A stretch of DNA of 64,000 nt from Octopus sinensis (lineage: Eukaryota). Positions within the stretch are counted from its first letter, which is position 1. The number at the start of each line of letters is the position of its first letter. The notes under the pieces were generated by a model. The model was given only the letters and a program-made list of their open reading frames with translations. It was not told where the DNA came from and did no database searches. A program made the translations under genes and the position numbers. Below are positions 24,760 to 40,142 of this stretch, piece by piece. The stretch lies in assembly GCF_006345805.1 (NCBI RefSeq), contig NC_043017.1:2914001-2978000 (forward strand), given 5' to 3'.

Positions 24760-25839
24760 TGCATTGCAATTAAGTACCTACATAACATATATTCTAATTA
24801 ATAGTGCAATTTGACAGTTTAGTAGTTATTCCATTTCATATGTTCAGCATCCTATCACTCGTTTGTTTTGCATCCAATTTACTTGGTAGCAAACGAGTTG
24901 ATTTTATTATAATTTATATTTATTTATTTATTTTCCTTTATTTTTTGATATGTTTTGTGATGTTTGATTTCATGGAAAGAAAGGCAAGCGAAGCAAAAGC
25001 ATAGCAAAGCATGGCAAATTATATGAAACACAATTTCCTTTGCAGACATAATAAATTATTGCATTGCATCTGTGTTTACTGTTATTTTGTTTTCTGTTTT
25101 AATTTCATCATATTCACAAAGAAGTATCAGTCGTGTGACATGAACAGTATTTGTTTCGAGATCTCTCTAAAGATTTCATTGTTTCAGCAAAAATATTTCC
25201 AACATTTCAGTGCTTTTCCCCTTTCTCTTTTCTTTCTGTGTGTTATGCGTGTAATTCTTGGTGAATTCTATGAAAAACAAAGAAAACACACAACAAATAA
25301 AATATATGTATTAAAATAGTAAGAAATAAAAAATAATATATAAATTATAGTAAAGTGTATTCTAATGTAGTCCGCTGTGTTGTGCACAGAATGAAACTAC
25401 TTGCTAAACAATGGCGAATTTATTTGCCTTTCAACCTAATGTTTCAATTAATACCAAGCTAAGTAAGTATCGCAGTTGTTTACTGCTTTCCAGCAGTGTA
25501 GTTTAATGTTATTTATCACTGAGCTTACAATAACATGGAAGTGCAGTTTTGTTGTTCCATATGAAACTCCACACAGACGCATAATCACATAAACGGATGG
25601 CTGTAAAGTTTAATCAATCAAATATTTCGTTACGCATACGCTCACACACAGACGCATATACAGACACACACACAGACGCATGCACAAAGGCACACATAAT
25701 TACATTAGGAATATGGCAAATACGTGTTTACAGTTTCAACCAAGGCTACATGCCTTACATACACAATGTACTCAGCATAAAGTTTAAAATGATGTTGACT
25801 CAAATGAATTTGAATTCCCAACTCCAAATAAATATATAG

Positions 25840-25935
25840 GTACAATGGGGAGGTGCTGAAAGGTTCCTGGGTTTAAGGGTACCACGAAAGGCTTGGTTAG
25901 AGGTCCAACCTTCCAGGTTCTTTTACAGGGCTTGG
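25840..25935. mobile_element. Possible mariner-type terminal fragment
   Basis: tacaatggggaggtgctgaaaggttcctgg resembles TACGAGGGGGTGCTGAAAAGTTCC-type termini. No partner TIR was found. Confidence 0.35.
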
Positions 25936-26589
25936 TAAAAATGAAATAAAGTGCTTCTTAAGAAAAGATTATATCTTTTTACGAAGAACCAGATCTATAA
26001 TCTATGTTGTTCCATCGGTGGCCATCTCTTCACAGACGACAGATCTCATGCTACCCGGCTCATTCATCTCTCCCTTTTAGGTCACCTGTAATGTTCCCAG
26101 ACCACAGGGCAAGGCCCTTACTACGAACTGTATCCATACTTCCAAGATCATTTATCTTTTAGAACTTGCTTTCAGTGTTACGAGAAAGAAGTCGGAAGTA
26201 AGACGCTCTCCCCATTTCAGAGAGTGGTGCTCCTCATCGTAACCGACGGAGTACCAGTGGGATTAGGGGAAATATTTGTGATCGATTACTGTTGAAGTCA
26301 TCAAAACACACATTGCAAACTGTCAGATTTGTTAATGCAGTGAATGAATTACTTCTGGTAATATCGTAATTTTAGTTTGAAATTCTTGTGTGAAAGACTT
26401 AATTACTTTCAAAATAAAGAGAGAATTGTTACGTCCTTAGAGTAATGGTTCATGTGTCTGAAGCAATGGAAATCGTGTTTTCAAATGGAGGAGTAGTGGA
26501 GCGGAAAGGAATTCGCAATGTCTCCTTCCGCAAATTTCTATCAGTGTCCACTGAAGACGCGGCGATTTGTATCTAAGGTATCTAGTTGA

Positions 26590-26750
26590 AGTTCGTAAGC
26601 TCAGTTGATTGATTCCGGGTAGAACGTTGTGGTCTTGAGCAAGACACTTAATTTTACAAGCTTCCATCCACTCAGTTAGCAAAAGTGAGAGGTAAATGTA
26701 TTTCAAACAGCCATCCTGAGAACGCGTGTCTGTGGAGTGCTTAGCCACTT
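26590..26750 (+). mobile_element. SINE family D fragment
   Basis: cttgagcaagacactta...gcgtgtctgtggagtgcttagccact. A related inverted copy is at 42330-42480. Confidence 0.55.
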
Positions 26751-26754
26751 ACTC

Positions 26755-26930
26755 TTTTCTCTTTTACTCTTTTAGTTGTTTCAGTCATTTGACTGCGGCC
26801 ATGCTGGAGCACCGCTATTAGTCGAAGAAATCTACCCCAGGACTTATTCTTTGTAAGCCTAGTACTTATTCTATCGGTCTCTTTTGCGGAACAGCTAAGT
26901 GACGGGGACGTAAACTCACCAGCATCGGTT
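26755..26930 (-). mobile_element. SINE family A, 3' half
   Basis: gtttcagtcatttgactgcggccatgctggagcaccgc...ggggacgtaaac. Confidence 0.85.
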
Positions 26931-27084
26931 TCCCGAAAGGGAATTTAGATTGCTCTTTTCCAAAAAAGGGTTTTCCTTCAGTTCTGCCAAATATCACTGT
27001 TAGCACGGCCGAAGATTCATCTTATTTATTTATTTCAGTCTTAGATTTTTCGAATGTACTTCATTTTTGCCTTTTTATTCCTTA

Positions 27085-27472
27085 CTAGCAGTATCACCCG
27101 GCGTTGCTCGGGTTTGTTTCGACCCTTGAGAATTGGAATTTTTGAAAAGTAAAAATTGTGCGTTAAGTAGTTTCTTATTCTCTTTAAGTGAACATTTTTC
27201 TGGCTGAAATACACCGAAAAATGGCGACACAGCAGTCAAAACATCGTAAAAAACAGGGATATTCATAGAAAAAAAGCACCTTTTGTGATGTAAATAATTT
27301 TTGGTGTTAACATGGACCGATTTGAATTTTTTCTTCTATGGAATGAAGAGCAAGCTTTCTTCTATCATATTCTCAATTTTGGTCAACTTGAACCGCAGGA
27401 TCTCGGAGGAGATAGTGTTAGTTGAAGGCTACCAAACCTGCCACACAGACAACTTCAGCTTTATATATATAA
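27085..27472 (-). mobile_element. Non-autonomous Helitron-like element
   Basis: On the minus strand it ends cccgagcaacgccggg (hairpin)-tgatactg-CTAG|T and begins tatatatataaagctgaagttgtctgtg. It is homologous to 43376-43580. Confidence 0.7.
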
Positions 27473-27888
27473 TTTCTTTTTGTTTCTCCTTTATCTCTTA
27501 CTTACCATAGAGGCCAAACATATACAAACACACATATATACATAAATATATATATAAAATATAAGAGTGTATAAAACATTTATACACAGAGAGGAGACCC
27601 TTGATAGGACTCATTACATGCTAAAAAGCTCAGTTAAAACTCAAACCACAAAAGAAAAACAATTCACGAGGCACGATGTTATAACATTAGAACGAACAAA
27701 ATAAACTAATTCGGAGCCTGTCGACCATCAGCCCGATCGCTAATTGATGAATAAGTATGTAATTGAAAATTCGCACCGAATACACGCATACATGACAGCT
27801 ACATCATAAAAATATGTTATGTCTTATGACTTTTATTTATGCATGCTAATCACTGGTATAATTTATTACCCTCATATTTATGATAGAG

Positions 27889-27928
<40 letters not shown>

Positions 27929-27947
27929 TATATACTATCATATATTG

Positions 27948-28879
27948 TATTAGGTCATCCCATGAATAATGCAGTTGTTTTTATATGTCTTTTATTTTTC
28001 AAAATTAAGAAAACAAAGTTCTTTCTTAATCTAAAACATACTCTCCTTCCTTTTCTACAATGCTACTTCATCATATATTGTAGAAGTGCAAGGACCCTCT
28101 TCCAAAATTCCCTAGTCTGTGACGAAAAATACTCTTCCAGTACTATTCTGACCTCATCTACAGAGTTCATATTTTTTCCATCCAAATGATTTTCAAGACT
28201 ACGGAATAAATGATAATTAGATGGGGCAAAGTCCGGCGAATATAGTGGCTGGTGCATCGTTTCCCATTCAAACTGCTCCAACCTTTGGAATGTCATCCTC
28301 ACTGTATGTGGCCGAGCATTATCCTGATGGAAGAATACCTATCTTTTGAAACCAAAGACGACCATTCTTCTTCTACTACCACAGGTATCGATGAATGGTT
28401 GAATGACCAAATTCAAGCTTCTCTGCTAGTTCCTCAACAGTTACGATGGCATTTGTTCCATCAGAGTTTGCAGGACGTCCTCATCGAGCCCTACAAATCT
28501 TCCAGGACGAGACTCATATTCTAGGCTGTAGTTTCCGGCTAGGAATTTCTGGAATCACCGTTGACACTGGTTTACGCTTATTGTTCGATCCACATATACT
28601 GCATTAATATTCCTTGCACTTTTCGTCGCGTTGTTGCCTTTATTGAACCCATGAAGCAAAATGTGCTGAATATGCTCCTTTGTCACTTCTATTATAAGTT
28701 TACAGAGATAATTGTTAAAATCGAACTGCACTCTTCAAAACTTACACTAAGAATAACTAGAAGGTAAAATTAATACCTGCAATTATAGCAACTTGATGCA
28801 AGCTGTTTATTTCGTCGACCTCCAAATTTCAGTTCATGCTATTGAAAAAAACCCGTATTATTTATGGGATGACCCAATA
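27948..28879 (-). mobile_element. Mariner transposon with both TIRs and TA sites, internally deleted transposase
   Basis: TA-ttaggtcatcccatgaataat ... attatttatgggatgacccaa-TA (19/21 TIR match). The minus strand encodes EHIQHILL...FLAGNYSLEYESRPGR...TVEELAEKL joined to FHQDNARPHT...YSPDFAPSNYHLFRSL. Confidence 0.92.
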
Positions 28880-29812
28880 TATTTCCTTTGCTTGAATTAC
28901 GAGTTTATCTCTGCAGACAACAATGAAAGATTTACGTGGTTAGTATCGATAAAGATACTAAGTGTTAGTGGTGCTTTTTCTAATTCCATGATCGTATCGC
29001 CCGTCTGTTATTTTGTCGTGCTACTCAGCGAACCCGTTAAATGTAAATTTATCGGAGAGTTTATTCGTCTGTCTTTTTGTTAATTCTTATATTTTACACA
29101 GTTGAAGATGTTCGCTGGGTGTATGAACAGCATCAAACGCATGACCATAATTTGGTGTTAAAATGCGGCCGATTAAATCTACGCCAGTCATCGATCAAGG
29201 TTAACTGTATCGATTATCAAACAAATGTCAATCTGTTACATTCGTTTTAATATATTGGCTAAAGACTCTACCAACTGCACATCATGATCAGAGATAAATC
29301 GAACCGCAATATGAAAGAAAAATAATAAACGAGGATAATGATAAAAAAGAGTATAACTCTTTGATATTTAAAGAATATGGCTATAATAATTATCAGGAAC
29401 GAATTGGTCGTACATTTAGATATTATTTGAATAATAGTTGTTGGACAATAAATGTTAGAGAACTCAAAGAAAGAAATACAAAATGGCATATAACGCATAT
29501 CTGGTAATCGAATGATAATTATCCAAACACATACTTATAAATTTTTCTTATGTATAAAGCTGTAAAAGTGCATAGATATACATACATACATACCTACATA
29601 CATACATATATACATATATATGTATATATTTATATATGTGTGTGTATGCATATGAATATATATCTATATGTAAATGGGTATATATATAAATGTGTATGTG
29701 TGAGTGAGTATAAATTCATATATAAATATACATACATACATACATACATATATATGTATGTATATATTTATATATATGTTTGTATGTGTATAAATATATA
29801 TATATGTGTGTG

Positions 29813-29851
<39 letters not shown>

Positions 29852-30406
29852 TTGTGAGTATAAATACATATATAAATATACATGTTTGTATGTAGAAATA
29901 GTTGCATACATGTACGTAAGTACGTATGTATGTATGTATGTACGTACGTACGTACGTACGTATGTATGTATGCATGCTTGTAGGTTTTTATGTAAATATA
30001 TATACATACATAGTGGCACAGAGTAAGTGCAGGATAGAGAGTAAGAGGAGCATGGAGAGGAAGTGAGAATAATTGATAGCCATAAGGGATGAGAAAAAAA
30101 TTACGAGAGAATTTCTACGACTAAAAGAGAAAGAGAGAAAACGAAAGAATGAGAGAGTTACAAAATATGGAAGACGAGAAAAGAACGGTAGAACAACAAA
30201 GCATAAAGACATAAAGCGCAGTAAATTAATAGTAATGTTGCAACATGTTATACGGCGGGACAGATAATGTCATATAATTTGATAATAAAGTCATTTAACC
30301 CAATAGTTGTGCGTAGTTAGCAAGGAAACGTTCAGAATCTAACACGATTATTTTCACTTGACTTACAAAACCGAACAGGGGGAATAAATAATGCACACAT
30401 ACATAA

Positions 30407-30484
<78 letters not shown>

Positions 30485-30490
30485 ATATAG

Positions 30491-30523
<33 letters not shown>

Positions 30524-30548
30524 ATATATGTATATATATACATAAGAC

Positions 30549-30594
<46 letters not shown>

Positions 30595-30965
30595 ACATAT
30601 ATATGTACATATATATGTATATATATATGTATATGTGTGTGTATATATACATATAGACATATATACATGCATATACATAAAGTATATATATACTCACATA
30701 CACATATATAAATATATATATGCATATATATATGTATATATGTATGCATACATGTATGTATATATATATATATGAATATATATATGCATGTATATGTATA
30801 TATATATGCATGTATGTATATGTATGAGTGTGTATATACATGTATGTGTATATATATAAATATATGTATATATATATACATATATACAAGCATATATTTA
30901 TATATAAGTACGTATAAATGTATGTATGTACAAATATATGTATGTATAAATTTATGTATGTATGC

Positions 30966-31011
<46 letters not shown>

Positions 31012-33139
31012 GTATGTATGTATGTATGTATGTATGTATGTATGTATGTATGTATGTATGTATGTATGTATAGGTGTGTGTTGAGCACAGGAGACGACTT
31101 CTTGCGTGAGTTTTGTTATGCCATTAACGAGGCGATATATTCTCCATATTCGGTAAACCTTTAAACTCATATGTTGCAGAAATATATGAAAGAATTCATT
31201 GCGAAGAATAAGTCTGTATCGAGAGTAACTATTGGATACTCTTTCAAGTATTAACTTTACAGTTACAGACGCAGGAACCCGCACGCGTGTCTTTAGTGTC
31301 TTTCTTCTCTGCTGTTCGAGTTGACATTACCAAGTCACATGTAGCCTGTGTAATTAGATAAAGCTTGAAAGATATTTCATCTGTGACCATTTCTTTTTTT
31401 AATGCCGAGCCCAACGCTTTACAATATGAATTTCGTTTTCTTTGGAAATGCAGGGTAAAATATTTCTTTCGCCACGATAGCTAACAAGTCCCTTCATTTG
31501 AATGAGAATTAGCTTTTGTCTTGTGAAGGTGGAGTATTCTTTCAGAGGCGCCGTTATAGTTAACAGATTAACAGTATGCAAGCGTTATTTAATTTTCGAT
31601 GCATTTAAATCGCCTGAGTTGATAAGAAAGCTGGTTCTTACAATTAGATAGTGCAGAGCTAAGCATATAAATTTCTTTCTATAATCCTGAAGATTTACTT
31701 TTGATTAGAGCTCTGCATTACATTTATCTGTACTTTTATAAATTGCATAATGTATACCAGTTTAATTCATATCTATATTACTTCTTTCACAGACTGTGAA
31801 GCAATGAAGCTCGCTAAATATGTATTTCTCATTCAATGGAAACGGTACTGCCAAAAATAAAGGCAATTCCGATAATTCCAATATAAACCGTGAATATATA
31901 CTATTTCAACGCAATAATAATCTACCCAGGATTTAGATGAAATTGAACCAGAACGTCTTTCAAATCCATGGGTATTAACATATATACGCGTTTTAGAAAC
32001 AGCTGTAGAATCATTTGTGAGCATATGTAGTTCTAGTTCTTAAAATTAAGTTTTTATTTTAGATCAACTGGTCAAAACCTGTCCATGACAATGAATGTTG
32101 CAATTCCTGGTAGTTTGCTTTCAAATTTACGCTGCAAACTATGATTAGTCACGTCATTTGAAGACAATATTAACAGAAGAAATTAATCGGTTATTATTCA
32201 ATTAAAAGAAAACTCCAGACATAAGGTTTCCGAATACATACCCAGAAATAAAATAATTCTGAAGTAAAATGCATTCTACAATGTTTCCTTGGAAATATTT
32301 TACAGATTCTAATCAACTGCATATGTGGGAATTTCTGTGTGTGTGTCTGTTTGCGGAGTTGTTAGCTAACTCATTCTACATCGTTTTATCGATTTTGAGG
32401 AAACCTGACACGTGAGTAGGACTCACATCTGGAAACTTCATAGCTTTCTCAGATTATTGGAGAGAACCTTATATAATCTAATATAATTTCTGTTAACAGC
32501 CAAGGGAAATAACCCATTCCCCCTGGAAGGGATTCTTATATATAGCTAAGAGAAATATCCTATTCATTTTCCTAAATTATCTGGTATGAATAATTGAGTA
32601 TGCTTATTTCTTAGTATTTGAACTGCTAGAGTTAGTTTCGCAATTTATCGACTACAACCCTTAAACAAGTAAATCGTATTTTCCAAAACAAAAGATCCAA
32701 TAATTTCGCTTAATGAATTATTCACGAATATACCAACACTAGCACCGCTGAGTGTAATATTCTCTGGGAACACACTAAAGCATTTTTCAGAGTTTTTTAC
32801 TTTGATTGGTATTATCTCGTATCTGATTCGCCTGTTATTACGTAAGATGATTCACGATTTTAGTATACATAACTTATAAGCAAATTTCTCTTAAGTTTTA
32901 TATACTCTGGGAACGCATTAAAGCCCTTTTTGGCTCTACTTTCTTTGAATCTTACTATCGAGTAACCAACTCGATATTATTACACAACTGACTTCCCAGT
33001 TTTGGTGTTCATAACTTATTGGGAATTTCTAAAAACAAGATCCTGTGTAAGACAGTTCGATATTCTCTGTAAATGCACAAAAACTGTTTTAATGGCTACA
33101 TAGTTTGTATTGTTATTGGATTAGCGAAAGAATTATGAG

Positions 33140-33195
33140 AACAGAACCAAGGGATAATCCCCGCTTTCTCGGGAATTACCGGGTACGTCAGCTAG
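33140..33195 (+). mobile_element. Possible Helitron-like 3' terminus
   Basis: ctcgggaattaccggg hairpin followed by tacgtcag-CTAG. Upstream internal direct repeats ctctgggaac...taaagc at ~32762 and ~32906. Confidence 0.35.
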
Positions 33196-34211
33196 CGCCA
33201 TCTAAGTACCTCCTGTAATTACTTTCCCACTACTGTAATTCATAATATCTTATTGTCACATTTTCTTTTCTTTTAGAATATATCCACAATATTCTGAAAC
33301 ACATTTCTATGTTCTGATATTTTATCGCTATTTCATTGTTTCTTGATATTTCAATAATAAATTTTTCGTTATTTTCTGAAGATCGGCAACGAGAGACACA
33401 GCGCGATAACGTATTAGGTCTAACTCTCTACAATTTATATAACTACATTTCCAGAATGGAATATTTATTCCTTTCAGAAGTTGCACTTAAAAGCTCATAT
33501 ATATATATATAATATATATATATATTGTCTTATAATACATATATATATTGTCATATAATATATGAAGAAATAATTGCACACACGCACAGACACATATGAA
33601 ATTACCGTTATATCTGGTACATCTAGGTCGGTCAGTCAACTCAAGAAGAGCTAAATTAGTTGTATTGATTATAATTCAATTCATACATTCACATCAAAGC
33701 AATGTGCCGAGTTTTTTTGTGTAAATATTTTAATATTTCCGTCGCAACTTATAGACAGACATAAAACACTATGGTTTAGATTATTGGCAATTAAGTTGAG
33801 CTGATGGACACAGTTTGTTTGTAAGCCAGTGTGACTGTATCAACAGTTTTAATATACAAAGCACTTGCAATCATTTATATATAACAGTAATTGAAGTTGT
33901 ATTAATCATCTAAATATATGTATGATCGTAGGCAAAAACACATTTGCAGGACTTTTATACACAAAAGAATGAATACATATTTTCGTTAAAATTATACATG
34001 CCTGCGTGTGTTTCTACGTGTGTGTATACACGTGTATGTGTGTATGTGTTGTGACTGTTTGGTGTGGTGTGTGAATGGGCATGTGAACATGCAAACATAT
34101 AAAGCTTTCGATATATGTAGATATCAGATATGCATATATACATTTTATCTAAATTTGCATTAATCTGTCTATCTATTTATCTTTCTATCTTTGTATCTAT
34201 CTCAATATATG

Positions 34212-34314
<103 letters not shown>

Positions 34315-35064
34315 TTATGTATGTATGTATATGTGTCTGTATTGTATGTGTGGCTGTATTGTATGTGTGTGTTTGTGTGTGTGAATGTAAGTATGTATGT
34401 AGATTTCTTTTGTCTGAATACATTATTTCTACGACGTCAATTTGAGATGTTTTAATGAGGTGTGACGAAGATAAAACATTCAAACGATTTTTATGCACAT
34501 ACACACACACGCACACACACAAACACACACATGCACACACATAAAACTATATATAATTATATACATGTATATGCATATAGAGATATATACATAGAGAGAG
34601 TTATACTTTTTATACACGTAACACATACGATAGATAAGTAGATATATAGATAGATAGATATATATATAGATAGATACATACACACATGCCTACATACATG
34701 CATACATACATACATGAAAGGTGTACACTCGCTAGATGTGTACGAACGTCGCCGTCAGGTGTTCAGAGTTAGCAACCCCAATGCAAGATTTTTATGTCGG
34801 GTGCATTTTGCACACGCACCACACCGACTCTCACTATCAAGGAAATTGCAAGATCAGGCTCAGAAGAGCAGCGGGTTTATATAGTTAGCTTGAAAAACAC
34901 CAAGGGTCCCTGGTTCCTGTTGAGCTTTCTGCAGTCTAGAACACCAACCTTGTTATGTCTACTTTCTGGCTTAATACATACGTCCGCATATACATACATA
35001 CACATACATAGAATACTTACATATAAAATACAGAGCAATGTATAGGTAAATAATCAATATCTTT

Positions 35065-35190
35065 TTCTACTCTTGGAACAAAACCCGGAATTTTTGGAGA
35101 GGGTGCCAGTCGATTAGATCGTAAGTAGTACTTTATTTATCGACCCCAAAAGCATGAAAGGAAAAGTCGACCTCGGCGGAATTTGAACTC
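35065..35190 (-). mobile_element. SINE family B, partial
   Basis: ttatcgaccccaaaagcatgaaaggaaaagtcgacctcggcggaatttgaactc. Confidence 0.8.
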
Positions 35191-35322
35191 AAGTAAATAA
35201 CCAATATTATATCGACATTATGTATTAAAAGTGCATGTCTACAGAACCTCACAAAACAAGCGACTACCCACACCTAAACACACATACATGCATGCTGTGC
35301 GTACATATGTTCGTGTATCTGT

Positions 35323-35366
<44 letters not shown>

Positions 35367-35528
35367 TGTGATTGTTTGTGCGTGCTTTTAAGTGTGTATA
35401 AACGGAAGTGATATGCAATTTGACGCTAAATATAGACCCAACGACTAAATCTGAGTATCTTTAAAAACTGCAAGTTAAGATGCATCCTTTATTTGTGTGT
35501 GTATGGTGCGTGTTTGTGTATGTGTGAG

Positions 35529-35570
<42 letters not shown>

Positions 35571-36104
35571 AATGCCATAAAAATTCAGATGGTATGAAAA
35601 GTGGATTTATTTAACTATTTCATATTCCTTGTGTTACCGCCGTTTCGATCCCTTCCCCATCTAATGAGTCCATTAGAACGCCTCTCTCTGAGAGCTACAC
35701 GGTTCTATAAATACATACACTACACTACAAATACACGCACACGCACACACGCCCCCCCCCCACAAATAAACACATATATGTGGGGGAGGTGTGCGCGTGT
35801 ATGTCGTATGTAAGTATGTGTGTGTTTGAGATTAATAAACAAAACAATAATGACTTGATAAATCCGATAGATTTTTATCAATTCATTTGAAACAAAAGTT
35901 CTAATTTTTCGCCACTCCATGCTTTCAGTTTTTCGACTATTTATGAATGTCAACTAGTGCAAAATTTTAAGTTTCGGTGTTAGCACTTAGTGTGAGAATA
36001 AATCGAAGTGTAATTATGCATTACTGTAATTTGGGGATGTTGTATCAATTATTTCATTGATAAGAGATTGGAAAGCCATCATCAAAGAATTTATATTGGC
36101 TTCG

Positions 36105-37100
36105 AAAGTTTCGTTCAGAGCCAGCTATTTCGGGGGAGGGACTAAATCGATTACATCCTTCCCAGTTACCAAACGGTACTTATTTTATCGACCCCGAAAT
36201 GATGAGAATCTAAATCGACCTCGGTGGAATTTGAACTCATAACGTAAGGACGGAAAACTTGCTAAGCATTTTGTTGGGCGTGATGCCAGTTCACCGCCTA
36301 ACGAATTATTATTTTTTCTCATTGAAAGGAGATGAGCTGGCAGAACCGTTAGCACGCCGGGCGAAATGCTTACCGCTATTTCGTCTGTTTTTACGTTCTG
36401 AGTTCAAATTCCACTGAGGTCGATTTTGCCTTTCATCCTTTCGGAGTCGATAAATTAAGTACCAGATGCGTACTGGGGTCGCTCCAATCGACTGGCTCCT
36501 TCCGCCAGAATTTCAGGCCTTGAGTCTAGAGTAGAAAGGAATATTTTCTCGTTTATTAGGCGGCAAGCTGGTAGAAGATTTACCACGCCGGCAAAATGAG
36601 TTCAAAGTGTATTTCATCTTTTGGGGGTTGATAAACAATAGAGTCGATATAATCGACTAATACCTTACCCAGACATTTCTGGCCCTGTGCTAAACTTTAA
36701 AATTTATATTTTCTCGTAGATTAAGTCGGCGAAGTGGCAGAATCGTTAACATGCTGGGTAAAATGAGTTCAAACTTTTCCTTTCATACTTTCGGGGTCAA
36801 TAAAACACGAACCAGTCAAACACTAGGGCCGATATAATCGATATAGCACCCCCACGGAAATTCCTGCTAAAAATCAATATTTTCTCGTAGAATATGGCTG
36901 CGAACTGAGAGAATCGTTTAACACGCCGGGCAAAATGCTTAGTGACATTTTGTCCGTCCTTGCGGTCTAACCTCAAATTCCGCCGAGCTCTACTTTGATA
37001 TTCATTCTTTCGGGGTCGATAAAATAAAGTACTTGTTGAACACTGGTGCGGGTATACATTTCTCCTCTTCAAAGAAATGCCGGCCTTGTGCCAAATGAAT
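36105..37100. mobile_element. Cluster of about five family B SINE copies (one minus, then four plus)
   Basis: Family B motifs recur at ~36105-36300 (-), 36328-36545 (+), 36560-36700 (+), 36725-36850 (+) and 36895-37100 (+). Confidence 0.8.
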
Positions 37101-37839
37101 ATTAAACTGTGAACGGTATTTCCTCTTTCTCTCTTTATCTCCCTTTCTCTTTCACACAAACACTGTGTCTCTCCCAGTCTTACTCACACACAATCTTGCA
37201 CACGCATATACGTATACAGTGGCAATCTCTTGTCCTGCCTCCTTCCCTCTTTCCTCCTCTCCCTTTCTCTCTCTCTCTCACTCATTCACTCACCATGTAC
37301 CTTCATATAATTTCCATCGAGAAACACCCAGCACAGTCATGACTATAAACAAAAGACTCCTGATAATGAGCCGTCCAGTTGGATCCCATCCGGAAGCGCG
37401 TAGTTGCCAAGCGATGTTCTTAACTACGGAGCTATGCAAGAGTGTAAGAATCGCGAGCAAACGTCTCCAAAACAGATACCACAAAAGATTGATGCAGTTA
37501 AATCAGTTTTTGTTTTAGGCCCATCTCAATTTATATTTGATCAAAAACGTTTCATCTAAGACTAATTCCTTTTTGTAGACAATATCGCAGCTATGAGTAC
37601 GATCTCTAATATGTCCTTCCATTTTTTGAGTCACTGGTATGTGTTATGAGATGTGGTTTATTTCTAGTTCTTCGAGCTGTCCATTAAATACGCTTTCGTT
37701 GTCCAATATTTCGCCGTATTTCTCTTGCTGTTTATCTATGTGTATACATTCATGTATGAGTTTGTATCATCTCCTTCGTACACACACATCTGTACATGTT
37801 GTACATAACTACTTACATATTTGAGTGCATACATACATA

Positions 37840-38265
<426 letters not shown>

Positions 38266-39913
38266 ATATATATATACAAATAAATACATATAAAATAGAT
38301 ACATACACCTATATATATATTCAGATATATAGAAATATATACATATATATACGTGTGTGTATACATATATATGCATATGTGTGTATGAGTGTATGTGTAT
38401 GAGAGTAAATACACTGCATCTGTGTATTTATATATGTGTGAGCGGATGTAAATATTCTCTTATGCGTGCGGTTTTTATCGAGTCAGTGTTGTCTTGTATC
38501 TGAATGCATGCTTGTTAGTGAATCTGTATATCTGTATCTGCGTGTGTAAGTGTAAGTATATTTGTGATTGCGTGTGTGTGTGTATGTATGTACGTCTGTG
38601 TTGTCCATATATGCGTGCGTGTACATACACACATATGTGTCTGTATATTTTCGTGTATGCACGTGTTGTGGTGTACGTTCGTATGTAACCAGTTTCCATG
38701 CAGTGATTTATGAAAGAAGACAAATGGAAACGAGGCTGAGATTGAGAAAGTAAAGTGGTTGAAAGCAAACAGCGTTAAGGTCTGCAGTGAAAGATGAAAG
38801 GGAATCAAATGCAGGAAATGAAGACAGGATGACTACCATTGAAAGAAATGTTTGCTGGGCACTAAACACAACCATTAGCACTTCGATGTCATTTCACCAG
38901 TCGTGGCTTATGTTTGCAAATCATATTGTTTACCTCCATTTAATGTACGCAATTTCTTCAAACAGATAAATTACAATTGTGTCAAACAGTATATGTTTTT
39001 TTCTGTATATCTTATTCTTCGGAGTGCGAATAACATTCTGCCGTTGGTATTGGTAGCGTAGAATAAACGGTGATGCTGGTGCTGTTGGTGGTTGTGTAAG
39101 GTTATTGTGTCGGGGTGTTGTGATTTAGGTTGATGACGTGAGTGTCAGAGTTGGGGGGGGCGCGATGTTGGGGGTAGTCTAAGTGATAATGACTGTTATG
39201 ATATTACCATAATGGTCTGGTGAGGTCTGTACTCTTGTTATGGTGTTCAAGTAATTGCTTTTGTTATTTTTACCTTCGTCGTCGCCTTCGGTGTTGTTCT
39301 TTTTGTAGATGTTGTTTAGTCCCAGACAAGTTGTAACGAAGCAGATCTAAGAGATCTTTGATGAAAGACATTCCAGCCTACCGTGGCCGTCCCTACTTCT
39401 TAGGATTTTCTAAGACTAACTTATCCAATATGTCCGCTCATCATTCAATAGTCAATAAGCGGTTAGCAGGCAGAATTGTTACGGCGCCGGGCTAAATGCG
39501 TAGCGGCTTTTTTCCTGATATTACGCTCTGATTTCAAAGTTAAGCACTTGGGTGTATGTACTTCACTTCCAGCCGAGGTCAGCAATTCATAATTGCTGAC
39601 CTTGTGCAAAGATTTGAAGCCATTATTCTGAACTCAACGTATTACAGAATATAACTTATAAATGGTTAGTTAACAATGTATGAGGTTCATTGTTCTTTAT
39701 CCGTTGTGCAAAATTCTGCTTCAAGCAGAATAGACACATACATACATACATACATACATACATACACACATACATACATACATACATACATGCATGCATA
39801 CATGATGATTGTGATAGATGTCCACACGTGACTGAGGAGACCGTAACTGATCATTGCCCATGCAATTCTCGTACATGAGGTTATTGCACCCACAGTGACC
39901 TAGAACCCGGTTC

Positions 39914-39997
39914 GGGCCTGTGGCTTCCATGCTCGTCGCGGTGCCTTCCTACTCGGCCGGGCTCGGATACTCGGATATTAGCCTCATGTCGATTGCG
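39914..39997 (+). ncRNA. Candidate HDV-like ribozyme fold (imperfect)
   Basis: P1 GGGCCUG/CGGGCUC, P2 CGCGGU/AUUGCG, P3 GCC/GGC, L3 UUCCUACUC, GG after P1', C at 39990. J4/2 is short and P4 is weak. Confidence 0.3.
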
Positions 39998-40142
39998 CAA
40001 ACTGAAATCTTAGGTCCGAAAAGTCTTGCACCACACCTCACAGTCCCTCTCCACCTTGCGGACAGGATTCAGAGACAACCCAACTCAAAGTTTCCAGTTT
40101 CGTAATAGGTCGCAGACTTAGGAAAGCAGAACCTAATTCTAT

